A stretch of 64,000 nt of DNA from Selaginella moellendorffii (taxonomy: Eukaryota > Plantae > Lycopodiophyta). How positions within the stretch are numbered: the first letter of the stretch is position 1; the number at the start of each line of letters is the position of its first letter. The DNA is taken from assembly GCF_000143415.4 (NCBI RefSeq), contig NW_003314273.1, positions 1,374,074-1,438,073 on the forward strand, in the 5' to 3' direction. The position numbers and the translations under genes are program-made. Positions 53,741-64,000 of this stretch are shown here, in pieces. Under the pieces are notes generated by a model. That model was not told the DNA's origin, made no database searches, and worked only from the letters and a program-made list of their open reading frames with translations.

Positions 53741-55178
53741 CCTCTTCCGTATTTGACCTCCTATGGTCATTAATTCTGGTTTCACATTCATGAGCACTAA
53801 CTTCAACTATATGAGGATAATCTTGTGACTCCTTTATTGCTTTGGAGTCTCTATCCTTCCCGTCATCCCAACTATAGTTGTTTACTACAACTATATTAGC
53901 CAGTTTGCTAAGTCAAACACTCATATGGATGACATCATCAACTCTCTCAGGAAACTTTTATATTGTTCCCAAGGTCTCAAAGTCGTTCCCTTACTGGCCC
54001 TTTTCTATCCACCACATTGCGCACAAGTTCACACATGAACTTGAGTGGAGAGATATGTCCTCTCGACATGCTACTCCTTAAGGATAGATCCATACTTAGA
54101 ACCTTTAAATTTCAATACAAGTGGTGATATACTTTGCCACCAATAACAGTCAGATTAAGGAATAGCTCCGATACCAAATTGTAAGTGACAAAAATTTTCA
54201 TTCTACTTTAGTCACTTAACCACACCTCCAACCACTTGGAAGAGTATCACTCACAACCTCCATAAGTCTTGTTATGAACTTGGGCTTGTTAGCCCCGTCC
54301 CTGCCACTCAACCTTTGCACTTGGCCCAAGTGCTCTATGTGTCCAATCCCCCAAGGTACCACAAACATATCAACCGGTTACGCTAAGGCCATGCCCCTTC
54401 ACCTTGGTCATACCAATAGTTTAAGGAATCGTACAGGAAATTAGAGAGTCAAGAATAAGGAAGTGTCTCGAGAGTCAGGAATATGGTCTGCAGTTCAGGA
54501 ATCTAGCGAGAGTCAAGAATGTGGCAAGAATTGGGGGATTCTTGATAGCACCCCCTCTTCAAGAATGAGTGGAATGATGACGTGAATGAGAATGAAGAGG
54601 AGGATGAGATGGGCGTCAAGGAATAGGAGATGGAGAATGAAAAGAATGAGGACTAGGACAAGAAGGATAGCAGCGGTGGAAGTCGTGAACAAGGTCAAAG
54701 CTCTATTTCGTTAAAGTGGGAATTGTCATTATCCCACTTGTAAAATAAGGTTTCCAAACCTTTATATAGTATATAAATATAACAAAATTCAACTGCATTG
54801 AGGCACATGCCATTTTATTTTAAACAAGGAAATGTCTACTCAATCACTTCTCCTCCCCCTGCCACTGCTTCACCTCTCTCTTCTCCTTGTCATCGTCGTC
54901 CAATTTCTTTCCATCCTTTTAATATTGGCTCAATTGCTCCGAGTCTAGGTGGAGCCCAAGTCCCCATTCAATCTTTACTTTCCCCTTATTAATAAAACAA
55001 CTTCGTAGACTTCCAATAACATGCTGTAACACTTCTAGTATAATGGAAATCCTCTCAAAGAATTGTCTTTTAATATTAATACAATGGCATGGAACCCCAT
55101 GCCATAATAAGTTACATTTTTAAATAAATACATGCCATCTTAGACTGTTATTTTTTGCCTCCAACGCCTATACAATAA

Positions 55179-58100
55179 TCATGGAATTTCATCACTCTCC
55201 ACACTATCAGGATTTAAACCCAATAGTAATGCCATCTCTTCTCTAATACGTCCACGCTCATGTTCAGTGGTCGAAGAACCCATCCGGTTGAGTAGATTAT
55301 GGAGATGCGGATAGTGCTTGGCTAGACAATATACATGCCATAAATGATGACTGGTGTCTGTCCGATCAAATGGCTTCTGATATACCGTTCCATCTGCCAT
55401 TTGGTTGATTTCTGCAGCCACCTCCTAGACTGGCCGGTTCTCTATCACCATCGCTCCAAGCTGTTTTGCAAGGTCCCCCAGAACATACGGTTTCTTCTCC
55501 CTAGTTTCCATACTGCAAGAGATGGGGTGCACTGCGTATGTGTGCGTGTTCGCTACAGTTTTAATCGGCGAGTCATCGATGATGAGGATTTCACTTGACC
55601 TAGCAGTCCGGTTCATCACTATAGCCTCTGGCTTGACAAAGATGGGCTTGCTACCCCTCACATGGACCATAGTCAAGCAATCCTCCTACGTTAGGAGAAA
55701 GTCAAATGGTAATATTACTCGCGTCTGATCGTGCATCATCTGTAGCAACGTTAATGCATTGTGGCGCATCATGGATGTCCAAACTCCCAATTGCAAATTG
55801 AACCCGGCCCTCTGTTTTAAGTGTCGCATGGTCATTATTAGATCCCGCAGTTTCTCCCGTGTGATTAATGTGAATCTGTCTCTTTTGACCAACTTGCGAC
55901 CGCAGGCTTTGGAGGGTGCAGTGACATTCGAGGACGAGCCACGCTCATGGGAGAAAAGGACACCATTCAGATCAAAAATGATACAGTACTTTCGCCGTGA
56001 CTCTGAAATGAAATGCGTCAGCATAAAAAATGGTACAAGTCAATTTTACCATCTACAATATTAGCGAATGGTGCTCCCGATGGTCGTTGAGAGGGTTTTG
56101 GTCGAGGAAACGTGAAGGGCGGAAATACTCTCCTCTGCAATGTGGGGTCAATCGCATCCGATGGCGTGTAGGCACATGCCATTTCAGCTGTAGACTCTGG
56201 TACAACTGGCTCAAAAGTGGCATGGGGTGGTTCTGATGGCGTGTGATCACACGCCATTTCAGCTGGTGCCTCCGTTGGCAAAGTGGACATGACTGAACAG
56301 GCAGCAGGGGCGGTGTAGGGAGGTTCCAACGGCGCGTAGTCAGACAATTGGGCACATGTTGAGTCTGTTGGAAATGAGGATACGACCGGCTCGGCGGCGG
56401 GGGCGGCCTCATGTGGGTCCAATGGCGCCTGGTCACCGTCAGTTGGATACGTGGACAAGATTGACTCAGTGGTATGGGCAGCATCAAGTGGAGCGTGGTC
56501 AGCTTGCTTGGCGTTGATATGGATAGTAGCCTCCACCAGCTCTGATGACTCTTGCAGGCAAGTAGAGTCCACTGGCGGATCCATATGCATGTCCAAATAT
56601 CTCCCTTCGATTGAGATGGTATCCTCCCTATTGGCTACTAAAAACAAACTCATTAGCACATTGAATCGACTATACTATATTTACCATCAACTACTATTGA
56701 GGAACTAGGACCGATATCACTTGGGCGCACTGCTGATTTTGAAGGATTGGACATACGTTTTGACCCTTGCTTGGCACTATCCTTCCTCGACACTAAAGGC
56801 TAGAGTTTGTATCTTAATTCAACTGAATAATCTTTACTTACCATTTGCTTTGCAACCTACATGGACAATGTTAGAAATGGTAAAAGGTTAGGAATGGATG
56901 TACTATTATTTACGTGATGGTTTGTCTTGTATGACCTTCCTCCGCTGCTCTTTGGCCACCTCAGGCTGGCCATCGTCGTCATCATCGTCGTCGTCGTTAT
57001 TGTGATCGTCACCATTGTGAGGACCATCCAAGTCCTCTTCGTCCTCCTCTTCTTTGTCCTCCTCTTCGTCCTTCTGCTCTTCCTGCTCATTATCTTTCTC
57101 TGGCTCCTCATCCCCCTCCTGCATTTCTTCCATAGGCTGCTCAGGCTGGATGGCTTGTTCTTCCAGGACCATCTTGGGAAAATCATCTGGCCGAGTCTCC
57201 ATCTCAAAATACAAGACATCCATAGCCTGTTTTAGTGCGTGACCTAGGACCGTATCCTCACCTGACTGTCTTAACATGGTTTCTGCACGTTCTTGCACCC
57301 TTCGAAGACGACGAGATGAGAAAAACGTGGCCCTGACTTGAAAAGCATCCCTCATCCATTGTACCTCTCCATTGAGATTGGGGAAGGGGAGTCTGCCATA
57401 GGAATCTGAGTCAGGAGGTGGTGACCGCAAGGCATTACCTATCATCTTTTCATTGCGTTCGCTTTTTATGACCACTGTCAGTTTGAGCTTGGCTGGTGCT
57501 TGCCTGTTTTGCCTTTGAAGAAGTGTCTCCTGCAAGGAATGGCATGAGACCACACGCCATTGCAAATATAATTTGTACCTCCTTTTTTCCTATTGCTTGT
57601 CTGTTTGTCCTTCTTCGACGCGCCACCAGTGCGCTTTTCAGTCCTCGTGTCTGAATATTCACAACGATCTATAATCAAAATGGCGTGAGGCCTCACGTGA
57701 CCTTACCTTGTGCAGGTTGTGAGCTCGGCCCAACAGTAGCTGTTAATGCCGTTTCAGCATCTGGGGGTGGCCACGCTCCTGCATACAGAGCTTGTGAGAT
57801 AACATTTAAACTTAAAGTGCGTACTCACCAGGTTCGCAGAGAAGATACTGTTTTTCTTTGGCAACTGTAATTATATGCTTCATTGAAGTCACCTCTTCAA
57901 TGGAGTTTGTCACCGCAACACACGGGACACCCTTGAGTAGTGCGGCTCGAAAGAATAGTCCGCCGCAGTTGTACTCGACAACACATTTGCCCTTGGAGTC
58001 GGAAGCAGGTGCTATTGCGTTGAAGACCCAGCTGAGCATTTCCCATGCTGCACCTGGAGCTTTCTCTGGATTCGAAAGCTCCATAGCCGTCTTCAGTTCC

Positions 58101-58260
58101 TCAGGCACGGGTAAATTGACCTCCCTCAGATCAATTCGATCGGCCTTGTCGAACGAAGCTGGGAAATCACTCCAGTCCCACTCTACTTGGCCTAAAAGAC
58201 TTACCATTTGAAGCCGAATGGAGGCGTGACAATCGAGGTCGGACTTGCTGGCGAATGTGC
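55179..58260 (-). pseudogene. Multi-exon transposon cargo gene: DNA amino-methyltransferase-like segment, acidic/low-complexity linker, FCP1/NIF (HAD) phosphatase domain
   Basis: NIF motifs IIFDLNGVL, GVWTS, LIIDDSPIK. ORFs 55686-56024, 55425-55676 and 55179-55421 share one frame, split by TAG. Upstream exons can be spliced in frame via GT-AG introns. The MTase-like assignment (IVTPPFG; PEKAP...KCVVEYNCGGLFFRAALLKG) is weaker. Confidence 0.7.
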
Positions 58261-61200
58261 ACTGTGTGTGCAGCGGATCGTAGCAGCAAGGCTACTCTGC
58301 CACTTAACAGTTGGAGAGTGGCGCTGAAATCTCCCGGGACGCCAAGTGGGCTGCGTGTGGGTGGCGGAGTGGGCGGCGGAGTTGGCGGCGAAGTTACAAA
58401 CTGGGTGTGTCTTGAAGTGGACGCCGATGCACATGAGTGCGATGCGAGCGCGATGCGAGCGTGAGTGTGATGCAAGCGCGAGTGGACGCCGATGCACACG
58501 AGAAACCTGTAGAGAAGGTAGATGAGCGCGAATGTGAGCGTGATCGCGAGTGGGAGCGCGATGCAAGCGCGAGTACGAAGCAAAATGCAAAACCTAACCT
58601 CACACGCGCGAAATGTCACAACGGTTGGTAATCCCGCTACGTCATCATTCCTCGGACTTGGGCGCCACCATTAATTTCTGGATTGCCGCGCGCATGCAAG
58701 CACGCAAAATCCAAAAGAAATCCGCAACGTCATCATTCCTCGGACTGCATGCACGCGAAATCCAAAAGAAAGATCATGATTGGGATATCATTTAATACCC
58801 TCGCTATATTTATACCATGCATGATTGGATATTCCAAAGCATCTTGTATTTCCAAAAATGGCAGATGTTCAGCTAAATAAAGAAATTCTATCTGTTTCTA
58901 TTTTTCTCTCAAATCAATATTATAGTGTGTGGGCTCATGCAATTTTGAACCAAAGAAACCCAAAAAACGTTGGACCCAAAATATTTTGAAAAAACCCAAA
59001 AAACCCTAAACATTTTAAACCCAAAAATCCAGGCGTCCTGTGGCGTTATTCCTTGAATGGCGTGTGGGCGCATGCCATTTTCAGGGCCAAATGCTGAATG
59101 GAGAAAAATTCCCTTTCAGTGCAAATGCTGCAAGAGGCAGATGCCGAGCACAAAGGACTGTAACTACCTCACATGACACAGATAAACTTTTCTCTATTTG
59201 GCAAAGATAAACTTTATAGCGTGTGGGCTCATGCAATTTTGAACCCAAAAAATGCACCAAAAAATTCTCAACATCATCTGGCGTTATCTCTTGAATGGCG
59301 TGGGGCCGCATGCCATTTTCAGGGGCACATAGGAGTATATTCCTAGGATATTCTGACACGCGCGAGATTTTTTTGAGTTTTCTGGAGATCCAACCGTTAG
59401 ATCGCAACTAGATTTTACAGAATGGTATACAATGTCTTTCTTGATGACCCTGCAAAGAAGCATCTCGATCGGACACCACATGAGACCACACGAGCCTTAC
59501 AATGTTTCAGGGGCATTTGCCATAGATCCGACCGTTATTTTGCTCCAAGATTCTATAGTTTGGTGTGCATTGACCTTTCCATCGACACTGCAAAGGGACA
59601 TCACAATCAAATGCGGGATCACAAGAAACTAACTTCACTAACTCTGGTTTCACCAAGATCTACGTAAGGAGTTATGAAATGAAAGGACCCTCTCTATTGA
59701 AATGTGTTTATGGTCTTAGGGGCATTGTGACATATCAAAGGATTTTGCATCAAGTTCTGTATTTGCATGTTTATCAAGCTACTGAATTGCTAAACCCTAA
59801 ACCCTAAACATGTGGCAAATGCTGCGTGAAGAAAGATGCCCTTTCTGGGCAAATGCTGTAAGAGGCAGATGCCGAGCAGATGTATCTCAGGCTAGCGAAG
59901 GGGACAAACGAAAGCTAGCTATAAACATGACGGGATGCAAATAGATTACTAGGCTGGTCCTGCGAAAATCAAAAACCATAATTGAAAACATTGAAAATGC
60001 AAAAAGAAAGGTTTATAATATTTTTGAATTTTAAGCAACCAAAGGAATGTAAGTAGGGCATGTGTTTGTAAGTTTAAAAATGCCTCAACCACTTAAATTC
60101 CCAAGTAAATAAAGCTGTTTCTATTTTTGGTACAGGTAAACTTTATAGCGTGTGGGCTCATGCAATTTTGAACCCAAAAATACACCAAAAAATGCTCGAC
60201 TAGCATTATTCTTTGAATGGCGTGTGGCCTTATATTGCCATAAATGGACGTACACACACAGCATAATTATTCCTTTACACGACGAATAATCTTGGCGCGG
60301 ATCGCTGACATGGCATGGCAAAGTTCGAATCACTGACATGGCACAACTGGATCGAGGCAAGGACATGATGTGACAAAGTTCAACCTTCGATAGCAAAGTC
60401 TAGAAGCTACTCAGTTTGAAATTTGTCAGAGGAATCATAAGATCTGGTTTGTCAGAGGATTTGATGTGACGTTCAAGCGTGTGTTATTTTTGAATTCTCG
60501 AACTCATTCCTAGGTCTATCATTTTTGTGCGCCGTGTTCTTAGTTCCGCTGAGCGTAGTGAGCGCTGCTTGTGTAAGCGGCGTTATGAGCTGTGGTTTAT
60601 GCGTCTACAAGCGGTTGCGGCATTGCGAGCGCCATTGCGAGCGGCAGTTTATGCGAGTGGCAGTTTGTGCGAGCGGCGCTACGAGCAGTTGCGTTGTTGC
60701 GAGCGGCGCTACGAGTAGTTGCGGTGTTGCGAGCGGCACTGTCTTTGGTGTGGCTACCGCTTCCTCTTGATATTCGGCACTTGTGCTTCCTGGTATGTTC
60801 ACCATGGAATGGCTTAGGACCACATTTAGAAATGGCATGAGGCCACATGCCATCTTGGGCCCTTGCAATTTCATGGCTAGCGTATTGTCATGTATGTTTT
60901 TACTTGCCTGCAGCTGTGTGTATATCAAGATGGCATGAGGCCTCATGCCATCTTTGGCCCCTGCTAGCCTATTGCCATATTCCTTTGGCCTTGCTGCAAC
61001 TGTATATATTTTTGTGTGGGTGACTAGTCACGCACACAAAAATATATACAGTTGCNNNNNNNNNNNNNNNNNNNNNNNNNNNNNNNNNNNNNNNNNNNNN
61101 NNNNNNNNNNNNNNNNNNNNNNNNNNNNNNNNNNNNNNNNNNNNNNNNNNNNNNNGCCAATTTTGTGAATGCGAAATTTCACGTGGGTGTCAATAGCATG

Positions 61201-61311
61201 TTTGAATAATGGCATGTGGCCTCATGCTATTGAGGTTGTTTGGTATGTTATGATTTAGGCCATTCTCCAATCATTTTTTGTATGGTCTTAACTTCTTTTC
61301 TGCACTTTCAG

Positions 61312-63912
61312 AATGGCCTTCAGGGTTGGGGAAAAGGTTACATTTTGAATGGTGGGAAGAGAGTTGCAAAAGGGACCCTTGTGTCTATGGATCGGAACTT
61401 TGTTATACACTGTCAAAGGCTTGGGGAAGGCAATGCTGCTGTATCAGTAGAGACTGTCTTCGATGGGAATGTGGTCGCTATTGAACGAGGAGAGATGGTC
61501 GTCGGAGTAAATGTTGTTGTTGCCTTGAAAAATCTTCAGAAGAAAGCAGATGTTGGGGACAGCGCAAGTGCGACGTATGTTCCCTCCGTGGATCTTAAGA
61601 ACCGTGTTACATGGATTCAGGCGAAGGTGTTTCTAAACAACCCCGAGGGGGAGGTGGTAGTTGAGGGCTTAGCCACAGTTGTCGATCCAAGAGATGTGGT
61701 TGCTAATCAAGAATTGGGCTGGGATGATATTGGAGTTGTGATTTTAGAGGTTGTTGACACAGAAGAAAACAGTCTAACTATTGGAAGCATTGTGCAGTGG
61801 AAATTGAGGCACTTAGTGTTTGAGAATGTGAAGGATTCACAATCAAACACCACTACAACTGATGACAGAACATCTCTTCATGGGAAAAGAAAGTACACCT
61901 TCCTAAAGCGCAGCCAAAGGGATCTGAGCAACGAACCGAAAAGGCAGAAAATGGCGATGGAGGTTCGAATGGTCTCGACAGTTGCTTGTTGCAAGAGGAG
62001 GTGCTGTCAACATGCTGATTGGGATGCTATTGAAGAGGAGAGAGCAAGATACAAGACATTGTCCTGGAAGGCAGCTCGCAATTTTGTGTATGAGGCATTA
62101 CGGTCATCTGTTGATGTTTCAGAACATCAAGTGGGGGGCATGGTCTTCCAAAGGGGTTTGGTCTGCATGAAAGCATGGAGAATCATTTATGGAGTCCCTC
62201 GAACCACATTCTATAGAATCAAAACTGAGTTCGAGGAACAAAGGGTTCAACAGGCAGTCCATGGGAACGACGGTACGCACAAAACCAGGGGTTATGTTAT
62301 ATATGGAGAGGCAATCTTCAAGAGGTTTGTCGAGACATGTAGCGAGCAACAACCACATAAAACCCGCCTCTTGGAAGATGGAACACGAGACACCCAACGA
62401 GTTCTCCCTTCCATGTATACCAAGGGGGCCATATTGGAAGATGTGAATCGGGAACTCCAGAGTAATGGCTACAGGAAGCTGAGCCAATCTAGATTTAGTA
62501 GATTGTGGAGCAACAGGTTCAGGGATGTGAGTATAGGAAAATACTCCAGCTTTTCAAAGTGTGACGAGTGCACTGCTATCAAAATGGCTTTGTCGAAGAA
62601 TTCTTGCAGCACTCAAGAGCGAGAGACGTTGGTTAGAAGGCGGCTCGACCACAACATCGAGCAGAGAAGTTGCAGGACTGCATATTATCATAACAGGATT
62701 CTCTCCATGGAGAGACCTGACTCTTACCTCTGCATCATCCACGACAAAATGGACCAGAAAAAGACGTGCTTACCTCGACTCAATCCTGCCCCCAAGGCAA
62801 TCTCTTCATCCATGCAGCTGCCTGTGTCTCTGTTTGGCATAATCGCTCATGGGCATGGTGCCCAGAACTATGGGAACTTCTTTGTACCTCTATGGGGTGG
62901 CGGGGGTGCAAACATGATGATTGCGTCCGTAGCAAAACACTTAAGGTCTCTGCAAAGTGCGCAGACTGAGCTGAACGGCCAACCCTTGCATAAGGCCCTT
63001 GTCGATTGAACCCCATACAGGGTTCAGCTGGAGGAGGAGCAAAGGCTTGCAGTATCGCGTGGGGCCCCATGCCATCCCAGTGAATATGTTGGCCGTCAGA
63101 TTGTAGGGTTATCACGTGAGGCCTCATGCCATTCCGACGAGGCTGGTCGCCCGGTGAATGCACAGCCTCATCCAAACGAAGCAGAATCTCAAGGAAGTTC
63201 TTGCGGCCGATGTGGCCTTCCACCCCATCTTCTGCTCCAAACAGACAATGCTGGCAGTGAGAACAAAAACATGTACGTCTTCGCGTACTTGGCGATGCTT
63301 GTTGCCAAAGGCATATTTGAAACAGTTACACTTGGCTTTCTCATGGTTGGGCACACTCATGAAGATGTCGATGCCATGTTCAGTCACCTGGCAGAGTCCC
63401 TCCGGCGATCCAATGTCCTCACCCTCCCACAACTCTACGATGAATTCCAAAATTGCATCAAAGGCACTGTTGAAGTTGCAGTTGTGATAGAGGTTCCAGA
63501 CTTTAAGGGGTTTGTAAGAGGCTACATCAGGGACGGATCCGAAACGCTGATTGGCCACTCCAAGCCTCTTCAGTTTCATTTCAGCATGCGTGACGGTGCT
63601 CCAGTGATGAGGTACAAGATGAGAGAATGGGACACAGTGTGGCTGCCAGTGGACGGCATTGAACTCTTCAAGAGAGATCCCATAACTGGGGAACCTATGA
63701 TTCCTCAGGGTTCCCCACGGCCGATGCACCCGGATGGACTCAAAGACCAGGAAAGTATAGTGGCCGGGATTAGACAGCATATTGCCTTCTGGAAGAGGGG
63801 GTTGGTGTTTGGTGGAGAATCCTATTTTCAGAGGTGCAAGCCTTTGCTCGAATACTGGGAGAAGATTATATCTGCTATCCAAAATGGGCCAGTTGTATAT
63901 GAATGTTTCTAA
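61312..63912 (+). pseudogene. Sola1-like (DUF7869-type) DDD transposase with one in-frame TGA at 63007-63009
   Basis: ORFs 61240-63009 and 63154-63912 are in the same frame. Motifs CCKRRC, VCMKAWRIIYGV, SKCDEC, IIHDKMDQKKTCLP, LQTDNAGSENKN, FLMVGHTHEDVDAMF. Splice acceptor at 61311. Confidence 0.8.
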
Positions 63913-64000
63913 TGTATTTTATTTCAAGGTGAACAATCCGAATCTGAATCAGAGGAGGCGTGATGGCATGTGGCCTTACGCCATTCCTAGGTGAGATGAT

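Larger units (their letters stand above)
43332..54418 (-). mobile_element. Large LTR retrotransposon (LTR about 1.65 kb, decayed or non-autonomous interior) hosting nested insertions
   Basis: 3' LTR 43332-44987 (TGTGAGAC...GCTTACA on the minus strand) with an adjacent PPT. Met PBS near 54165-54177. Truncated 5' LTR 54180-54418. Gag-like remnant near 51400-51700. Confidence 0.75.
54792..63984. repeat. Dispersed 22-bp palindrome ATGGCRTGNGGCCNCAYGCCAT, about 17 copies
   Basis: Starts at 54792, 55084, 56161, 56236, 57539, 57680, 58922, 59057, 59216, 59295, 60145, 60217, 60832, 60930, 61209, 63054, 63111, 63963 (some degenerate). Confidence 0.92.
54421..64000. mobile_element. Large DNA transposon (Sola1-like transposase plus divergent cargo gene); right end lies outside the window
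   Basis: Begins where the LTR is truncated. Contains a transposase, a cargo gene and an element-restricted 22-bp palindrome. The left boundary is inferred. Confidence 0.65.

Noticed and set aside
63007-63009. Programmed read-through or selenocysteine at the transposase TGA
   Set aside because: The neighbouring cargo gene has similar isolated stops, so mutational decay is simpler and no recoding signal is evident.
63124-63882. 252-aa antisense ORF (and similar antisense ORFs over CFAP65 and TTLL6)
   Set aside because: Shadow ORFs opposite well-supported coding frames, with no recognisable motifs.
54792-63984. CRISPR-like array from the repeated palindrome
   Set aside because: Spacing is irregular (about 55 bp to nearly 2 kb), copies lie in exons and introns, the context is eukaryotic and there are no cas genes.

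Overview
Plant nuclear DNA. Very short introns (about 45-90 nt), tight gene spacing, ciliary genes and TTTAGGG motifs suggest a seed-free plant with flagellated sperm, probably a Selaginella-like lycophyte (inference). 1-7.5 kb: intact genes, namely the 5' end of sucrose-phosphate synthase, a CCDC151/ODA10-like gene, a pectate lyase with a PMEI-like N-terminal domain and a TTLL6/13 polyglutamylase. 10-29 kb: decayed gene fragments (F-box/kelch, CYP88/KAO, purple acid phosphatase, acyl-activating enzyme, alpha-galactosidase, RanGAP, O-fucosyltransferase), a decayed LTR element, a precise 2.6-kb inversion and a Helitron Rep remnant. 29.4-34.8 kb: intact CFAP65. 36-54.4 kb: gag and Helitron remnants, nested LTR elements and Cassandra-like TRIMs carrying 5S rRNA promoter sequence. 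54.4-64 kb, the most interesting part: a large decayed DNA transposon with a Sola1-like transposase and a divergent multi-exon cargo gene (DNA-methyltransferase-like segment, acidic linker, FCP1/NIF phosphatase). About 17 copies of a 22-bp palindrome (ATGGCRTGNGGCCNCAYGCCAT) lie in its introns, coding exons and spacers. All identifications come from motif recognition by eye; no database searches were run.
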